Assembly: GCA_963816395.1 (NCBI GenBank)
Contig: CAWFKQ010000006.1
Location: 32,001-96,000, forward strand
Reading direction: 5' to 3'
Length of the DNA: 64,000 nt
Source of the DNA: an uncultured delta proteobacterium
Lineage (GTDB): Bacteria > Desulfobacterota > Desulfuromonadia > Desulfuromonadales > JACZKF01
Positions 10,755 through 21,379 of the stretch are shown one piece after another. The notes beneath the pieces were generated by a model. The model was not told where the DNA came from and did no database searches. It saw only the letters and a program-made list of their open reading frames with translations. Numbering within the stretch: the stretch's first letter is position 1; every line of letters starts with the position of its first letter. The position numbers and the translations under genes were made by a program.

Positions 10755-12659
10755 TCAGGCCGTATAGCCGCGGCTGCGATGGCGGCGGAATAGCCAGGCG
10801 AGGAAGGCCGCCAGGACGATCAGGCCGGGGACGAAGAAGATGTTGAAAACTTTGAGGGTGGCCTCCAGCCCCAGGATATCCCGGCGCAGGTTGTACTGCA
10901 CTTCCCGCAGGTCCTTGCGCGTGCCGACGATTTCGCTGCGGAATTTGTCGACCTCCTTCTCCTGCTCCGGGGTGAGGGCCGAGGAGCCGGCGTCCCGCCG
11001 CTTCTGCTGCAGCTGATTCAGCTTGCCCTGCGTCTCCTTCAGGCGGGCGACCAGTTCCTGTTCCCGCGCCTGGTACTGCCCCTCGGCTTTCTGGCGGATT
11101 TCATTCACCAGGGTGAAGGGGCGCTCGAAGCTTCCCCGGCTGCGCACGCTGATCAGATCCGGGCTGCCGCCGAGCTGGTCGAGGGCATTGAGGGCGAAGT
11201 CGGCGTTGGCCGCGATCGGCGTAGCCAGCCGTTGCCCGAAGAGGTCCTGGACCTGCACCCAGAAGCGGTCATCGAGCAGGTCGGTGTCGGCGACGACGAT
11301 CAGGTTGAGCGGCTTCTTCGACTCTTTCAGCTGCGGCTGGGCGACCTTCTCCTTAGCTTTTTTCTCCTCTTTTTTCTTGCCGTCCGGTTTTTCCCCGGCG
11401 GCTGCCGGCGGTCCAGCGGGGAAAGCGGTGGCCGCCGGACCGCTGATTCGGGCGGCGAGGATGTAAGGCTTGCCGGAAGGCTTGAAATCGGCCAGCAGGC
11501 GCCCGGGATCGGGGGAGAAGGCGACTTGCTCACGTTTGAGGAGCATCGCCCGGGCGCTCGAGCGGAGCAGGGGGACCATCTCGGTGCGCGCCTCCGGCAG
11601 CTGCACCAGGGAGCCGGCGCTGGCCAGGTTGAGCTGGCCGAGTTGGCCGGTCACCACATCGTCCCGGTCCATCTGCTCCGGGCCGACCGCCAGCCAGGGG
11701 AGATAATCGACCACCTGGGGGCGCAAGGGGCCGCCGGCGGTCACCTTCTGCGCCAGCTCCAGGTCGCCGATGACGCCGGGTTCCAGCCGCACCCCCCAGG
11801 CCGCCAGCAGCTTATCCGCCGCCGACGTCTCCTGCACCGGGTTGGCGGCCTCGCTGCCGAGGGTTTCCGCCAGGGGGTCGGTGAAGACCACGGCGCGCCC
11901 GCCGGCGAGCACGAACTGGTCGATTGCGTAGAGCGCCGTCTCCGGCAGCATCTGCGGCTGCACCACCATGAGCACGTCGGTTCCGGCAGGGATCTCCCGG
12001 GTATCCGCGGGCAAAGTGCGCAGGTCGAACTGCCGGCGCAATTGCTCGACGATCATCCACGGCGGCTGCATCTGGTAGCTCTGCGCCGAAAACCCGCCGT
12101 TGATCGGCAAGGCACTCAGCAGGCCGACCACCGGCTTTTGCGGATGGGCAACCGCCTGCACCATTTGGGTCAGGTCGTACTCCAGGAAACGCTCCCGGTT
12201 CTGCTGAAAAAGGGGAATCACCTGCGGGCTCCCCTTGGCAGTGGTGGCGACCAGGCCGAAATAGAGGGACTCGCCGTCTCCTACCGGTACCCCCTGCAAG
12301 CCATAGCGCACGGCGTCGTCCTCGCCAGCCGAGAAGGGTTCAGGATCGATCCGCTCCAGGGTGAGCCTGCCGCCGGATTCGGCAGCATATTCCGCCAGCA
12401 GGTCGCCGATCCGGTCGGCAAAGGTCTTGAGCGACGGGTGACGGTCCGCTTCGGCACGGGAGAGGTACAGCTGAAGCGTGACCGGCTCCGGCAGATTCTT
12501 GAGGATATGGATGGTCCCCGGCGAGAGGGTATGCAGGTGATTTTCCGTCAGGTCGAGGCGGGCGCCGCGCAGCAGCGGTCCGCCGGCCAGATTGACCAGG
12601 GCGAAGAGGAGCGCCGCCGCCAGCAGTCCTCCCAGGGAATAGATTTTTTTCCGCGTCAT
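10755..12659 (-). CDS. GldG-family ABC transporter auxiliary protein
   Basis: RLDLTENHLHTLS, LEYDLT, IDQFVLAGG, C-terminal coiled coil and TM. Confidence 0.85.
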   Translation of the reverse strand: MTRKKIYSLGGLLAAALLFALVNLAGGPLLRGARLDLTENHLHTLSPGTIHILKNLPEPVTLQLYLSRAEADRHPSLKTFADRIGDLLAEYAAESGGRLTLERIDPEPFSAGEDDAVRYGLQGVPVGDGESLYFGLVATTAKGSPQVIPLFQQNRERFLEYDLTQMVQAVAHPQKPVVGLLSALPINGGFSAQSYQMQPPWMIVEQLRRQFDLRTLPADTREIPAGTDVLMVVQPQMLPETALYAIDQFVLAGGRAVVFTDPLAETLGSEAANPVQETSAADKLLAAWGVRLEPGVIGDLELAQKVTAGGPLRPQVVDYLPWLAVGPEQMDRDDVVTGQLGQLNLASAGSLVQLPEARTEMVPLLRSSARAMLLKREQVAFSPDPGRLLADFKPSGKPYILAARISGPAATAFPAGPPAAAGEKPDGKKKEEKKAKEKVAQPQLKESKKPLNLIVVADTDLLDDRFWVQVQDLFGQRLATPIAANADFALNALDQLGGSPDLISVRSRGSFERPFTLVNEIRQKAEGQYQAREQELVARLKETQGKLNQLQQKRRDAGSSALTPEQEKEVDKFRSEIVGTRKDLREVQYNLRRDILGLEATLKVFNIFFVPGLIVLAAFLAWLFRRHRSRGYTA

Positions 12660-12678
12660 ATCGGTAGCCCTCCGGTTT

Positions 12679-13413
12679 TCAGGCAGTTTTCTGGCGTGTT
12701 ATGGCCCAGGTCCCGGCAAACAGCCAAAAGGAGATGAAGGAGAGGAAGAAAAGCAGATCGCGCGCATCGATTACCCCCCTGGTGACGGCATCGAAGTGGT
12801 GCAGAACGCCGAAGGAGGCGATCCCCTCCAGCAGCACCGTGGGCAGCCAGGGACGGAAGAAGTCGAGGACCAGGGGATAGCCGGCAAGGAGAAAAGCGAA
12901 GCAGCCGACCACCGAGAGGACGAAGGCGATCACCTGATTGCGGGTGCAGGCCGAGAGGCAGGCGCTCACCGCCAGATAGGCGCCGGCCAGCAGCAGACTT
13001 CCCAGGTAGCCGGCGGCAATCACCCCGTTGTCGGGATGCCCCAGGATGTTGACCGTGATCCAGATGGGGAAGGTCAACGCCAGGGACAGGGCGAGCATGC
13101 ACCAGGCGGCGAGGAATTTGCCAAAAACCGCCTCGGCGGTCGATACCGGCAGGGTCAGCAGCAACTCGACGGTACCGCTACGGCGCTCTTCGGACCAGAG
13201 ACGCATGCCAAGGGCCGGCACCAGGAAGAGGTAGAGCCAGGGCTGCCAGGTGAAGAACGGCGCCAGATCGGCCTGGCCGCGGGCGAAGAAACCGCCGATA
13301 TAGAAAGTGAAGATGCCGCTCAGCATGAGAAAGATGACGATGAAGACGTAAGCCACCGGGGTGGCGAAATAGCCGGCCATTTCCCGCTTGAATATGGCGA
13401 TGATACCTTTCAT
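12679..13413 (-). CDS. GldF-like ABC permease
   Basis: YFATPVAYVFIVIF, MRLWSEERRSGTVELLLTLP. Confidence 0.9.
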   Translation of the reverse strand: MKGIIAIFKREMAGYFATPVAYVFIVIFLMLSGIFTFYIGGFFARGQADLAPFFTWQPWLYLFLVPALGMRLWSEERRSGTVELLLTLPVSTAEAVFGKFLAAWCMLALSLALTFPIWITVNILGHPDNGVIAAGYLGSLLLAGAYLAVSACLSACTRNQVIAFVLSVVGCFAFLLAGYPLVLDFFRPWLPTVLLEGIASFGVLHHFDAVTRGVIDARDLLFFLSFISFWLFAGTWAITRQKTA

Positions 13414-14377
13414 GCCAGCCCTCCCTCGCCGCCTGGGCGCTGCTGGTGACGGCGCGGAAGACATCCTCCAGCCGCCCCGGTTCCTGCACCAGTTCGCGGA
13501 TCTGCCAGCGGCTTTCCCGCAGCAGTCCGCTCATCTCTTCCAAAAGCGAAACCCCGGCCGCCGGCAGGGCGGTCAGACACGCCATTCCCGCCGCTGCCGG
13601 TATCGTTTCCACCCCGCTCACCCCCGGCAGCCGGCGCAGGACGGCGGCGATTTCCATCGCCTGCTCCTCCGGCACCCGCAGGGAAACGGCCCGGTGCCGT
13701 GGGGAGCGGGCGGCCAGCTCGGCGGGGGTGCCGTCGGCGACGATGCGGCCGCCGGCGATGATCAGCGCCCGGCTGCAGACCGCATCCACCTCTTCGAGAA
13801 TATGGGTGGAGATGATGATCGCCTTGCGGGCGGCCATGGCCGTAACCAGCTGCCGCACCTCCTGCTTCTGGTTGGGGTCGAGACCGTCGGTCGGCTCGTC
13901 GAGAATGAGCACTTCCGGGTCGTGGAGAATGGCCTGAGCCAGTCCCACCCGCCGTTTGAAACCCTTGGACAGGGTTTCGATCGGCTGCCGCCAGACGTCC
14001 TTGATCCTGACCTGCTCGGCCACTTCGTCGAGGCGCCGGCGCCGGGCATCGCCGGTCAGGCCGCGCACGTCGGCGGCGAAGGAGAGCAACCCGGCCGGCG
14101 TCATTTCCGGATAGAGGGGCGCCCCTTCCGGCAGGTAGCCGAGCTTCGCCTTGGCCGCCACCGGTTGCTGCTGCACATCCAGGCCGCAGATTTCGGCGCG
14201 GCCGGCGGTCGGCGGCAGAAAGCCGGTGATCATCTTCATCGTGGTCGATTTCCCCGCCCCGTTCGGGCCAAGAAAGCCGAGGACTTCACCCGCTCCGAGG
14301 CGGAACGAAATGCCATCGACCGCCACCAGAGAACCGAACTCCTTGCGCAACTGTTCCACCCTGATCTGCGTAGTCAT
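13410..14377 (-). CDS. GldA-like ABC ATP-binding protein (native stop probably hidden by an indel)
   Basis: GPNGAGKST, LSKGFKRRVGLAQA, ILDEPT; the ORF runs into the next gene, and an ATGA overlap at 13410-13413 is likely. Confidence 0.88.
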
Positions 14378-14406
14378 CGAATGCTTCACCTCTCTGATTC
14401 GGGAAA

Positions 14407-14769
14407 TCAATTCGCCGGCAGAAGAGCCGGCGGCGCCGCCGCCCGATTCTCCCCCGCCAGCGGCCGCTGGCGCCCCTGGCCCAGGCGCGCCTTTTCACCG
14501 GGAGGAGAAAGGGGTGCATCGAGCCCCACGGTCCAGTCCCGGCCATCGAAGAAAAGGGCCAACAGCAAGGCCTGGCTGATGGCTGCGGCACTCTGCGCCC
14601 GCAGCCGGACATAGGCGGTCTCCAGCCCCTGCGCCCGCAGCCGGTCGGTCAGGAGCCGAAAACTGTCCTGATCGGAGAAAACCCCTTCGAACCGAGGTTG
14701 ACCGTCGATCAGCAGAAGAAAAGGGAAGCGGTTTTCTTCGATTTCGACCAGCAGCAGGACAGAGCACAT
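14407..14769 (-). CDS. Hypothetical protein
   Basis: Open frame co-oriented upstream of the ABC operon; no recognisable motif. Confidence 0.45.
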   Translation of the reverse strand: MCSVLLLVEIEENRFPFLLLIDGQPRFEGVFSDQDSFRLLTDRLRAQGLETAYVRLRAQSAAAISQALLLALFFDGRDWTVGLDAPLSPPGEKARLGQGRQRPLAGENRAAAPPALLPAN

Positions 14770-14961
14770 GACCGTCTCTTCATCGGGAAAGGGGACACCG
14801 CCGGGGAGTCCCCAGAGCACTGACCGATGATAAACGGCAACGGTTTACGGCAAGATGTCTTGAGTATTACTTTTTTGTCAGGTTGCGACGGCGGCAGCGC
14901 CGCAGGAGCGGTGAGGGGGGAAAGGTGCGGCCATGCTGCAGAGGGTGCAGAACAGGCGGGT

Positions 14962-15687
14962 TCAGCCGCCGAGGTAGGCTTTCTTGACTTCGGGGTTGCC
15001 GAGCAGCTGCTGGCCGGTGCCCTCGGCGGCGATGGTGCCGGTGTCGAGGACGTAGCCGCGGTGCGCCAGGTGCAGCGCCAGGCTGGCGTTCTGCTCCACC
15101 AGCAGCAGGGTCAGCCCCTCCTGGTTGAGGCGCTTGAGGGTGCGGAACAGCTCATATTTGAGGCGCGGGGCGAGACCCATGGACGGCTCGTCGAGCAGGA
15201 GAAAGGTGCAGCCGGTCATCAGCGCCCGGCCGACCGCCAGCATCTGCTGCTCGCCGCCGCTGAGAGACTCCGAGCGCTGCCGGCGGCGTTCGCCCAGGCG
15301 GGGGAAGAGATCGAAGACCTTCTGGTAGTCGCGCTTGATCCCGGCCGCATCCTTGCGCGCGTAGGTGGCCAGGTCGAGGTTCTCCTGCACGCTCAGGTTG
15401 CCGAAGATGCGCCGCCCCTCGGGGACCAGGGCCAGCTGCAGCCGGTCGACCACCACATGCGGCGGCGTGTTCAGGATCGAGGCGCCGCGCAGGCGGATAT
15501 CGCCGCCGATCACCCGCGGCGCTTCCGGCGGCGGCAGACGGCAGATGCTGTGCAGGGTGGTCGTTTTCCCCGCCCCGTTGGCGCCGATCAGGGTGACGAT
15601 TTCCCCCTCCTGCACATGAAAGCTGATCCCGTGCAGCGGCTGGATATTGCCGTACTTGACCTGCAGGTTTTCCACCGACAGCAGCAT
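14962..15687 (-). CDS. livF: Branched-chain amino acid ABC ATPase
   Basis: GANGAGKTT, LSGGEQQMLAVGRALM, LLVEQNA. Confidence 0.88.
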   Translation of the reverse strand: MLLSVENLQVKYGNIQPLHGISFHVQEGEIVTLIGANGAGKTTTLHSICRLPPPEAPRVIGGDIRLRGASILNTPPHVVVDRLQLALVPEGRRIFGNLSVQENLDLATYARKDAAGIKRDYQKVFDLFPRLGERRRQRSESLSGGEQQMLAVGRALMTGCTFLLLDEPSMGLAPRLKYELFRTLKRLNQEGLTLLLVEQNASLALHLAHRGYVLDTGTIAAEGTGQQLLGNPEVKKAYLGG

Positions 15688-16456
15688 CAGATCGTCGCGT
15701 CTCCCAGGTAGGCGGCAATGACCGCCGGGATGGTTGCGGATCTCCTCCGGCGTTCCCTCGGCGATGGTCTCGCCGAAGTCGATGACCTTGATGCGGGCGC
15801 ACAGTTCCATCATCACATCCATGTGGTGCTCGATCATCAGGATGGTGACCGCGAAGTGCTGGTGGATCCAGCGCACCAGCCGGATCAGCTCCAGCACGTC
15901 GGCGGAATTCAGGCCGGCGGCCGGCTCATCGAGCAGCAGCAGGCGGGGGCGCACCGACAGGGCGCGGGCGATCTCCACCTTGCGCTGGATGCCGTAGGGG
16001 AGGTTGCGCGGCAGCTCGTCCGCCATGGCCTCCAGGCCGAGGGCGGCGAGCAGTTCGCGGGCATACTCCTCGATTGCCCGCTCCCGCTCCCGGTAGCGGG
16101 AGGAGCGCCGGAGGGAGTCGAGAAGGCCGTAGCCCAGACGGTGGTGCTGGGCGACGCGGATGTTGTCGAGCACGCTCATCTCGTTCCACAGGCGGATGTT
16201 CTGGAAGGTGCGCGCCACCCCGAGGGCGGTCACCTGGTGCGGCTTGCGCCCGGCGGTATCGGTGCCGCCCACCCGGATGAAAGCCGGAGCTCGGCTGATA
16301 GAAGCCGCTGATCAGGTTGAAGACCGTCGTCTTGCCGGCGCCGTTGGGGCCGATCAGGCCGAACAGCTCCCCGCCCTCCAGGCGCAGGTTGAAGTCGGTC
16401 AGGGCGCGCAGGCCGCCGAAGCTCTTGTTCAGGTTGCTGATCTCGATTACCGCCAT
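15687..16456 (-). CDS. livG: Branched-chain amino acid ABC ATPase (frameshifts near 16280 and 15725)
   Basis: GPNGAGKTTVFN, ARTFQNIRLW, LLLDEPAAG, IEHHM. Confidence 0.85.
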
Positions 16457-16481
16457 GCGAAGCCTGTCCTCTGCCGCCGCG

Positions 16482-17495
16482 TCAGCGAAACTGATAGAAG
16501 CGGCGCAGCCGGGGGAAGACCTGGTGCAGCTCGCGGTTGCCCATGAGCCCCTCCGGGCGGAACTGCATGAGGATGATGAGCAGCAGCGGCACCACCACCC
16601 ACTTGATGATCTGCAGGGGGCGCAGGGCCTCCAGCAGCAGGGTGAAGAAAATGGCCGAGAAGACCGAGCCGGAAAGGGAGCCCATCCCCCCCAGGTAGAC
16701 CATGACCAGGATTTCCGTCGACTTGAGAATGGTGAAGGAGCCGGGGTTGACGTAGCCCATGATGTAGGCGAACAGGCCGCCGGCGATCCCGGCCAGTCCC
16801 GAGGAGAGCATGAAAGCCACCAGCTTCATCTTGTTGGTGTTGACGCTCATGATTTCGGCGGCCACCTCGTCCTGGCAGATGGCGGAGATCCCGCGGCCGT
16901 AGGTGGAGGAGACGAAGCGGCGCAGCAGCCAGACGCTGAAGATGGTGAAGGCGAAGACCCACATCGGCATCCACGGCAGCTCCACCGAGTCCTCCATCGC
17001 CCGCAGAACCCCTTTCATCCCCATGAAGCCCCGGGCGCCGCCGATCACCCCCAGGTTTTCCACGGCGCTGATGATGATGTAGTTGGCGGCGATGGTGATG
17101 ATGGCCAGGTAGTCGCCGCGGGTCTTGAAGGAGGGGAAGGCGACCAGCAGGCCGGCCACCGCCGCCGCCGCCCCGCCGGCCAGGATGACCAGGGGGAAGG
17201 CGAAGACGGCCAGGTCGGGCGGCAGCAGGGCCGCGCCGAAGACCCGGTCCTTGGCGAAGAGCAGCACCCCCAGCACCGAGGACGCGTAGGCGCCGACCGC
17301 CATGAAGCCGGCATGGCCGCAGGAGAACTCCCCCATGTAGCCGTTGACCAGGTTAAGGCTGGTGGAGAGGATCACGTTGACCCCCATGAACATCAGCACC
17401 GACAGGACATAGAGGCCGATGAGCTCTTCATGGGCGAGATAGGTCAGGGCGAAGAAGGCGATGGCCAGCAGGGCGGGAACGGTCAGTCGGCGCAT
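16482..17495 (-). CDS. livM: Branched-chain amino acid ABC permease
   Basis: RGDYLAIIT, GGMGSLSG, RPEGLMG. Confidence 0.88.
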   Translation of the reverse strand: MRRLTVPALLAIAFFALTYLAHEELIGLYVLSVLMFMGVNVILSTSLNLVNGYMGEFSCGHAGFMAVGAYASSVLGVLLFAKDRVFGAALLPPDLAVFAFPLVILAGGAAAAVAGLLVAFPSFKTRGDYLAIITIAANYIIISAVENLGVIGGARGFMGMKGVLRAMEDSVELPWMPMWVFAFTIFSVWLLRRFVSSTYGRGISAICQDEVAAEIMSVNTNKMKLVAFMLSSGLAGIAGGLFAYIMGYVNPGSFTILKSTEILVMVYLGGMGSLSGSVFSAIFFTLLLEALRPLQIIKWVVVPLLLIILMQFRPEGLMGNRELHQVFPRLRRFYQFR

Positions 17496-17505
17496 GGCGG
17501 GTCCG

Positions 17506-18417
17506 TCAGATCTTCGTGGTTTTGGCGACCCCGAACAGTCCCGTCGGCTTCACCGAAAGGATCGCCAGCAGCACGCTGAAAGCGAGCAGGTCGCGGAAGG
17601 TGGAGGGGAAGACGGCGACCACCAGGATCTCCACCGCCCCGAGGAGAAAGCCGCCGACAAAGGCGCCGCGGATATCGCCGATCCCGCCGACCACCGCGGC
17701 GATGAAGGCCTTCCAGCCGATCAGCGCCCCCATGTACGGCTCCAGCACCGGGTAGGACATGGCGAAGAGGATGCCGGCCAGTCCGGCCATGGAGGAGCCG
17801 AGGACGAAGGTGGCGACGATGATGTGGTCGATCGGAATGCCCATCAGCGGCACGGCGAACTTGTCGTAGGAAATCGCCCGCATCGCCATCCCCACCCGGG
17901 TGCGGGTGACGATGAACTGCAGCAGCAGGAAAACGACGATGGCGGTGAGGATGACGGCCACCTTGAGGTTGGTGAAGACGATGCCGTGCACGTTGTACAC
18001 GATCTCCGGCACCATCGGCGGGAAGGCCTTGCGGCTGGCCCCGAGCAGCGCCAGGTTGCCGTGCTCCAGGATCAGGCCGGCCATCAGGGCGGTGATGACG
18101 ACGTAGAGCCGGTTGGCCCCCTTGCGCCGCAGCGGCCGGTAGGCGACCCGCTCCAGGGTCACCCCGACCAGGGAGGTGAGGACCATGGTCAGGGGGATGG
18201 TCAGCGCCAGGGCGGCCCAGCCGGGGACGCCGGTCGCCGTGAGCAGGAAGGTGGCGACAAAAAAGGCGATATAGGCGCCGACCATGAAGACGTCGCCATG
18301 GGCGAAGTTGATCAGCGTCAGCACGCCATAGACCAGGGTATAGCCGAGGGCGATCAGGGCGTAGAAGCTTCCCCACTGCAGGGCATTGAGGAGGTTCTGA
18401 AGAATGGTGGCAAACAC
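17506..18417 (-). CDS. livH: Branched-chain amino acid ABC permease
   Basis: YALIALGYTLVYG..INFAHG, KAFIAAVVGGIG; GTG start. Confidence 0.9.
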   Translation of the reverse strand: MFATILQNLLNALQWGSFYALIALGYTLVYGVLTLINFAHGDVFMVGAYIAFFVATFLLTATGVPGWAALALTIPLTMVLTSLVGVTLERVAYRPLRRKGANRLYVVITALMAGLILEHGNLALLGASRKAFPPMVPEIVYNVHGIVFTNLKVAVILTAIVVFLLLQFIVTRTRVGMAMRAISYDKFAVPLMGIPIDHIIVATFVLGSSMAGLAGILFAMSYPVLEPYMGALIGWKAFIAAVVGGIGDIRGAFVGGFLLGAVEILVVAVFPSTFRDLLAFSVLLAILSVKPTGLFGVAKTTKI

Positions 18418-18455
18418 GTTCCGGTCCCTTCGGACGGCAATGGCCGAGGCCACAC

Positions 18456-18484
18456 GGCAGGTCGGGGCCGGCCCCGACCTGCCG
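18456..18484. other. Intercistronic stem-loop between livK and livH
   Basis: GGCAGGTCGGGGC / GCCCCGACCTGCC inverted repeat. Confidence 0.6.
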
Positions 18485-18518
18485 TCATCGCAATGGAATC
18501 ATCCCGGGCGAAGGCGCC

Positions 18519-19686
18519 TCAGGGACAGACCGACTGGGCGAAGACGAACTCGCCGCTGTCGCTGATCTTCACCACCACGGCACATTTGATCGGATCGCCC
18601 TGCGGGTCGAACTTCATGGCGCCGGTGATGCCGTCGAAGCTCTTGATGCCGGCCATCGCCTCGCGGATCGCCTGGCGGTCCTTGTGCAGCTTGCCGGTCA
18701 GCTTGCCGGTATCCTGAATGGCCTGCAGGACGATGCGGGTGGCGTCCCAGGTCAGAGCCGCCACATCATCGGCCACGTAGCCGTACTTGGCCTGATAGCG
18801 GTCGATGAACTCCTTGGTCGCGCCCTTGGCGCCGGCGGCGGCATAATGGGTGGAGAAGAACAGCCCCTTGCAGTCATCGCCGCACAGGGTCATCAGTTCG
18901 GCCGAACCCCAGGAATCCGAGCCCATGAACCGGTCCCTTCCAGCCGAGCTGGTGCGCCTGCTTGACGATCAGCGCCACCTGGTTGTAGTTGTCCGGAATG
19001 AAGATGAAGTCGGGTTTGGCGGCGATGATCGTGGTCAGCTGGGCGCTGAAATCCTGGTCTTTGGTGCCGTGGCTTTCGAAGGCCAGCACCGTGCCCGGAC
19101 CTTTCTTTTTCTCGAAATCGGCTTTGAAGATCTCGGCCAGTCCCTTGGAATAGTCGTTGGAGAGATCGTAGATGACGGCCGCCTTTTTGGCCTTGAACTG
19201 GGCGCTGGCGAAATCGACGGCCACCGGGCCCTGGAAGGGGTCGAGGAAAGCGGCGCGGAAGACCCAGGGCCGGTCGAGGGTGGTGTCGGGATTGGTCGAC
19301 CAGGGGGAGACCATGACCGTCTCGTTGTCGTTGGCCACCTGCCCCGCCGGGATCGCCTGCTTGCTGGAGTTGGGACCGATCATCGCCAGGACCCCGTCCT
19401 TTTCGATCAGCTTGAGGGCGGTGGTTACCGCCGATTCGGCCTTGGCTTCATTGTCCTCATAGATGAATTCGAGCGGGTATTTTTTCCCGCCGACCTCCAG
19501 CCCCCCTTTGGCGTTGATGTCTTCCTTAAGCATCTCCGCGGCAAATTTGGACGATTCCCCCACCTTGGGAATATCCCCGGTCAGCGGGATGTTGAAGCCG
19601 ATCCGGATGGTGTCGGCGCCCAGGGCGGGAGAGCCAGCCAGCAGGGTCGTTAGGCACAGCACAGCCGCAATCCTCGGTTTGCGCAT
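18519..19686 (-). CDS. livK: Branched-chain amino acid ABC substrate-binding protein (frameshift near 18930)
   Basis: Signal peptide, IRIGFNIPLTG, FRAAFLDPFQG, AAGGAGG RBS. Confidence 0.85.
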
Positions 19687-19913
19687 CGGTTTCCTCCTTG
19701 CAGGTGAGAAATAAATGGAAGCCAGGTTGTTGAGTATTAAACAACTATTATTAATTGTCAAGAAATCAGTTATGCGGCGGCAGCGCGGGAGATCCCCGGG
19801 CTCTGGCCAGGGATTGAACAACAGGTGGTTATGCGGTAGGATCCCGAATTCCGGTCAAGGGGGAGACCCTCTTGAATGAAGAAGGACTACACGAAGATGC
19901 TGAAAGCGAATAG

Positions 19914-20609
19914 ATGAAACTGCCGTCACCCCTTATCGAAGGTCGGCTGCTGCGCCGCTACCAGCGCTTTCTCGCCGAGGTGGAGCTGGCGGATGGGGCG
20001 GTGGTTACCGCCCATACGGCCAACACCGGCAGCATGCGGGAGTGCGCTGTCCCGGGTTATCCCGTGCTCCTCTCCCGGGCCGTCGGCGCCCATCGCAAGC
20101 TGCCGTACAACCTGGAGTTGATCCGGGTGAACGGTCATTGGGTGGATATCCACACCCAGCGCAGCAACCGGGTGGTGGAGGAGGCATTGCGGGCGGGGAA
20201 AATCGCCGGGCTGGCCGGTTTCGCCGTCCGTCCCGAATTTTGCTACGGCGACAGCCGCCTCGATTTTCTTCTCGAACGGGAGGGGGAACGGGTGCTGGTG
20301 GAGGTGAAGAACGTCACCCTTACGGATGGCGGCGGCATCGCCTGTTTCCCCGACGCGGTCACCACCCGCGGGCAGAAACACCTGCGCGAACTGCGGCGGG
20401 CGCGCCAGGAGGGTTTTCGCGGGGTCATCTTTTTTCTGGTGCAGCGAGGGGAGGCGACCGCCTTCCGCCCCGCCGACCACATCGATCCGGAATACGGCCG
20501 CCTGCTGCGGGAAGTCGTCGCCGGGGGCGTCGAGGCCATCGCCTGCCGCAGCCTGGTGACCCCGGAGGAGAACCGGGTAGGGGAGAGGATTCCGATAATG
20601 CTAGGCTAG
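19914..20609 (+). CDS. sfsA: DNA/RNA nuclease SfsA
   Basis: RYQRFLA, HTANTGSM, VEVKNVT, FPDAVTTRGQKHLREL. Confidence 0.95.
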   Translation: MKLPSPLIEGRLLRRYQRFLAEVELADGAVVTAHTANTGSMRECAVPGYPVLLSRAVGAHRKLPYNLELIRVNGHWVDIHTQRSNRVVEEALRAGKIAGLAGFAVRPEFCYGDSRLDFLLEREGERVLVEVKNVTLTDGGGIACFPDAVTTRGQKHLRELRRARQEGFRGVIFFLVQRGEATAFRPADHIDPEYGRLLREVVAGGVEAIACRSLVTPEENRVGERIPIMLG

Positions 20610-20675
20610 AGGCAAGAGGCTATGGGCAAGAGGAAAATCTCCTCTAGCCTCTTGCCTCTAGCCTCTTGCCTGCCT
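20601..20675. repeat. Heptamer tandem repeat (AGGCWAG) followed by its inverse
   Basis: aggctag aggcaag aggctat gggcaag ... ctagcct cttgcct ctagcct cttgcct. Confidence 0.85.
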
Positions 20676-21320
20676 TTAATCAATTATCAGATTCGGCAGT
20701 TCGTCGGTGTCGTCCTCTTTGCGGGGGAATCTCTCCGCCAGCAGGTCGCCGCAGCGCCGGATGGCGGTGCACAGGGCCTCGCCGGTCTGGCCGCGGCGGA
20801 TGCCGTCGGTGATGGTCGCGACGATCTCGTCCCAGGTGCGGGGCGGAACGGCGGCATTGATGCCTTTATCGGCGAGAACATGCACCCGGCGCTCGAAGAG
20901 GGAGATGAGAATGAGGATGCCGGTGGCGTCGCGGGTATGGTGCAGGCCGTGCTCGAGAAAGGCCACCAGCGCCTTCTCCTCCACCTCCGCGGTGACTTCC
21001 GCCGCCGGGATGAGCCGGCGCTTGAAGCCGGGCAGCGCCCGGAATAGTCCCTTGCAGGGGAGATAGCAGGCGAAGAAGAGGGGGAGGAAAACCCACTGGG
21101 AAGCGTGTCCGAAAGCCCAGGAGAGCAGGGCGGCCGCCCCCATGGCGAAGAAGCCGGCGCCGACGATCTCGGTCCGCGGGTAATCGTATGAAGCATCCAC
21201 CACCATCGGCACGATCTCGCCGCTGGTGCGCCCCTCCGCCTCCCGCACCGCCGCCTCAATGCGTACCTTCTCCTCCTCGGTAAAGAAATTTTGGGCTTTG
21301 TTCATCGTAATATACCTCAC
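20676..21320 (-). CDS. TPM-domain membrane protein
   Basis: AEGRTSGEIV, TGILILISLFERRVHVLADKGI, DELPN. Confidence 0.88.
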   Translation of the reverse strand: MRYITMNKAQNFFTEEEKVRIEAAVREAEGRTSGEIVPMVVDASYDYPRTEIVGAGFFAMGAAALLSWAFGHASQWVFLPLFFACYLPCKGLFRALPGFKRRLIPAAEVTAEVEEKALVAFLEHGLHHTRDATGILILISLFERRVHVLADKGINAAVPPRTWDEIVATITDGIRRGQTGEALCTAIRRCGDLLAERFPRKEDDTDELPNLIID

Positions 21321-21331
21321 GGTGCAACGGA

Positions 21332-21371
21332 TGAATTCAATTTAGAATTCAAAATCCAAAATTCAAAATTC
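21332..21371. repeat. AT-rich heptamer tandem repeat (AATTCAA-like)
   Basis: gaattcaatttagaattcaaaatccaaaattcaaaatt between the two TPM genes. Confidence 0.65.
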
Positions 21372-21379
21372 CCGACGAC

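Noticed and set aside
14962..16272. LivG-LivF fusion suggested by the 436-aa ORF
   Set aside because: Produced by an indel near 15725 that bypasses the livG stop
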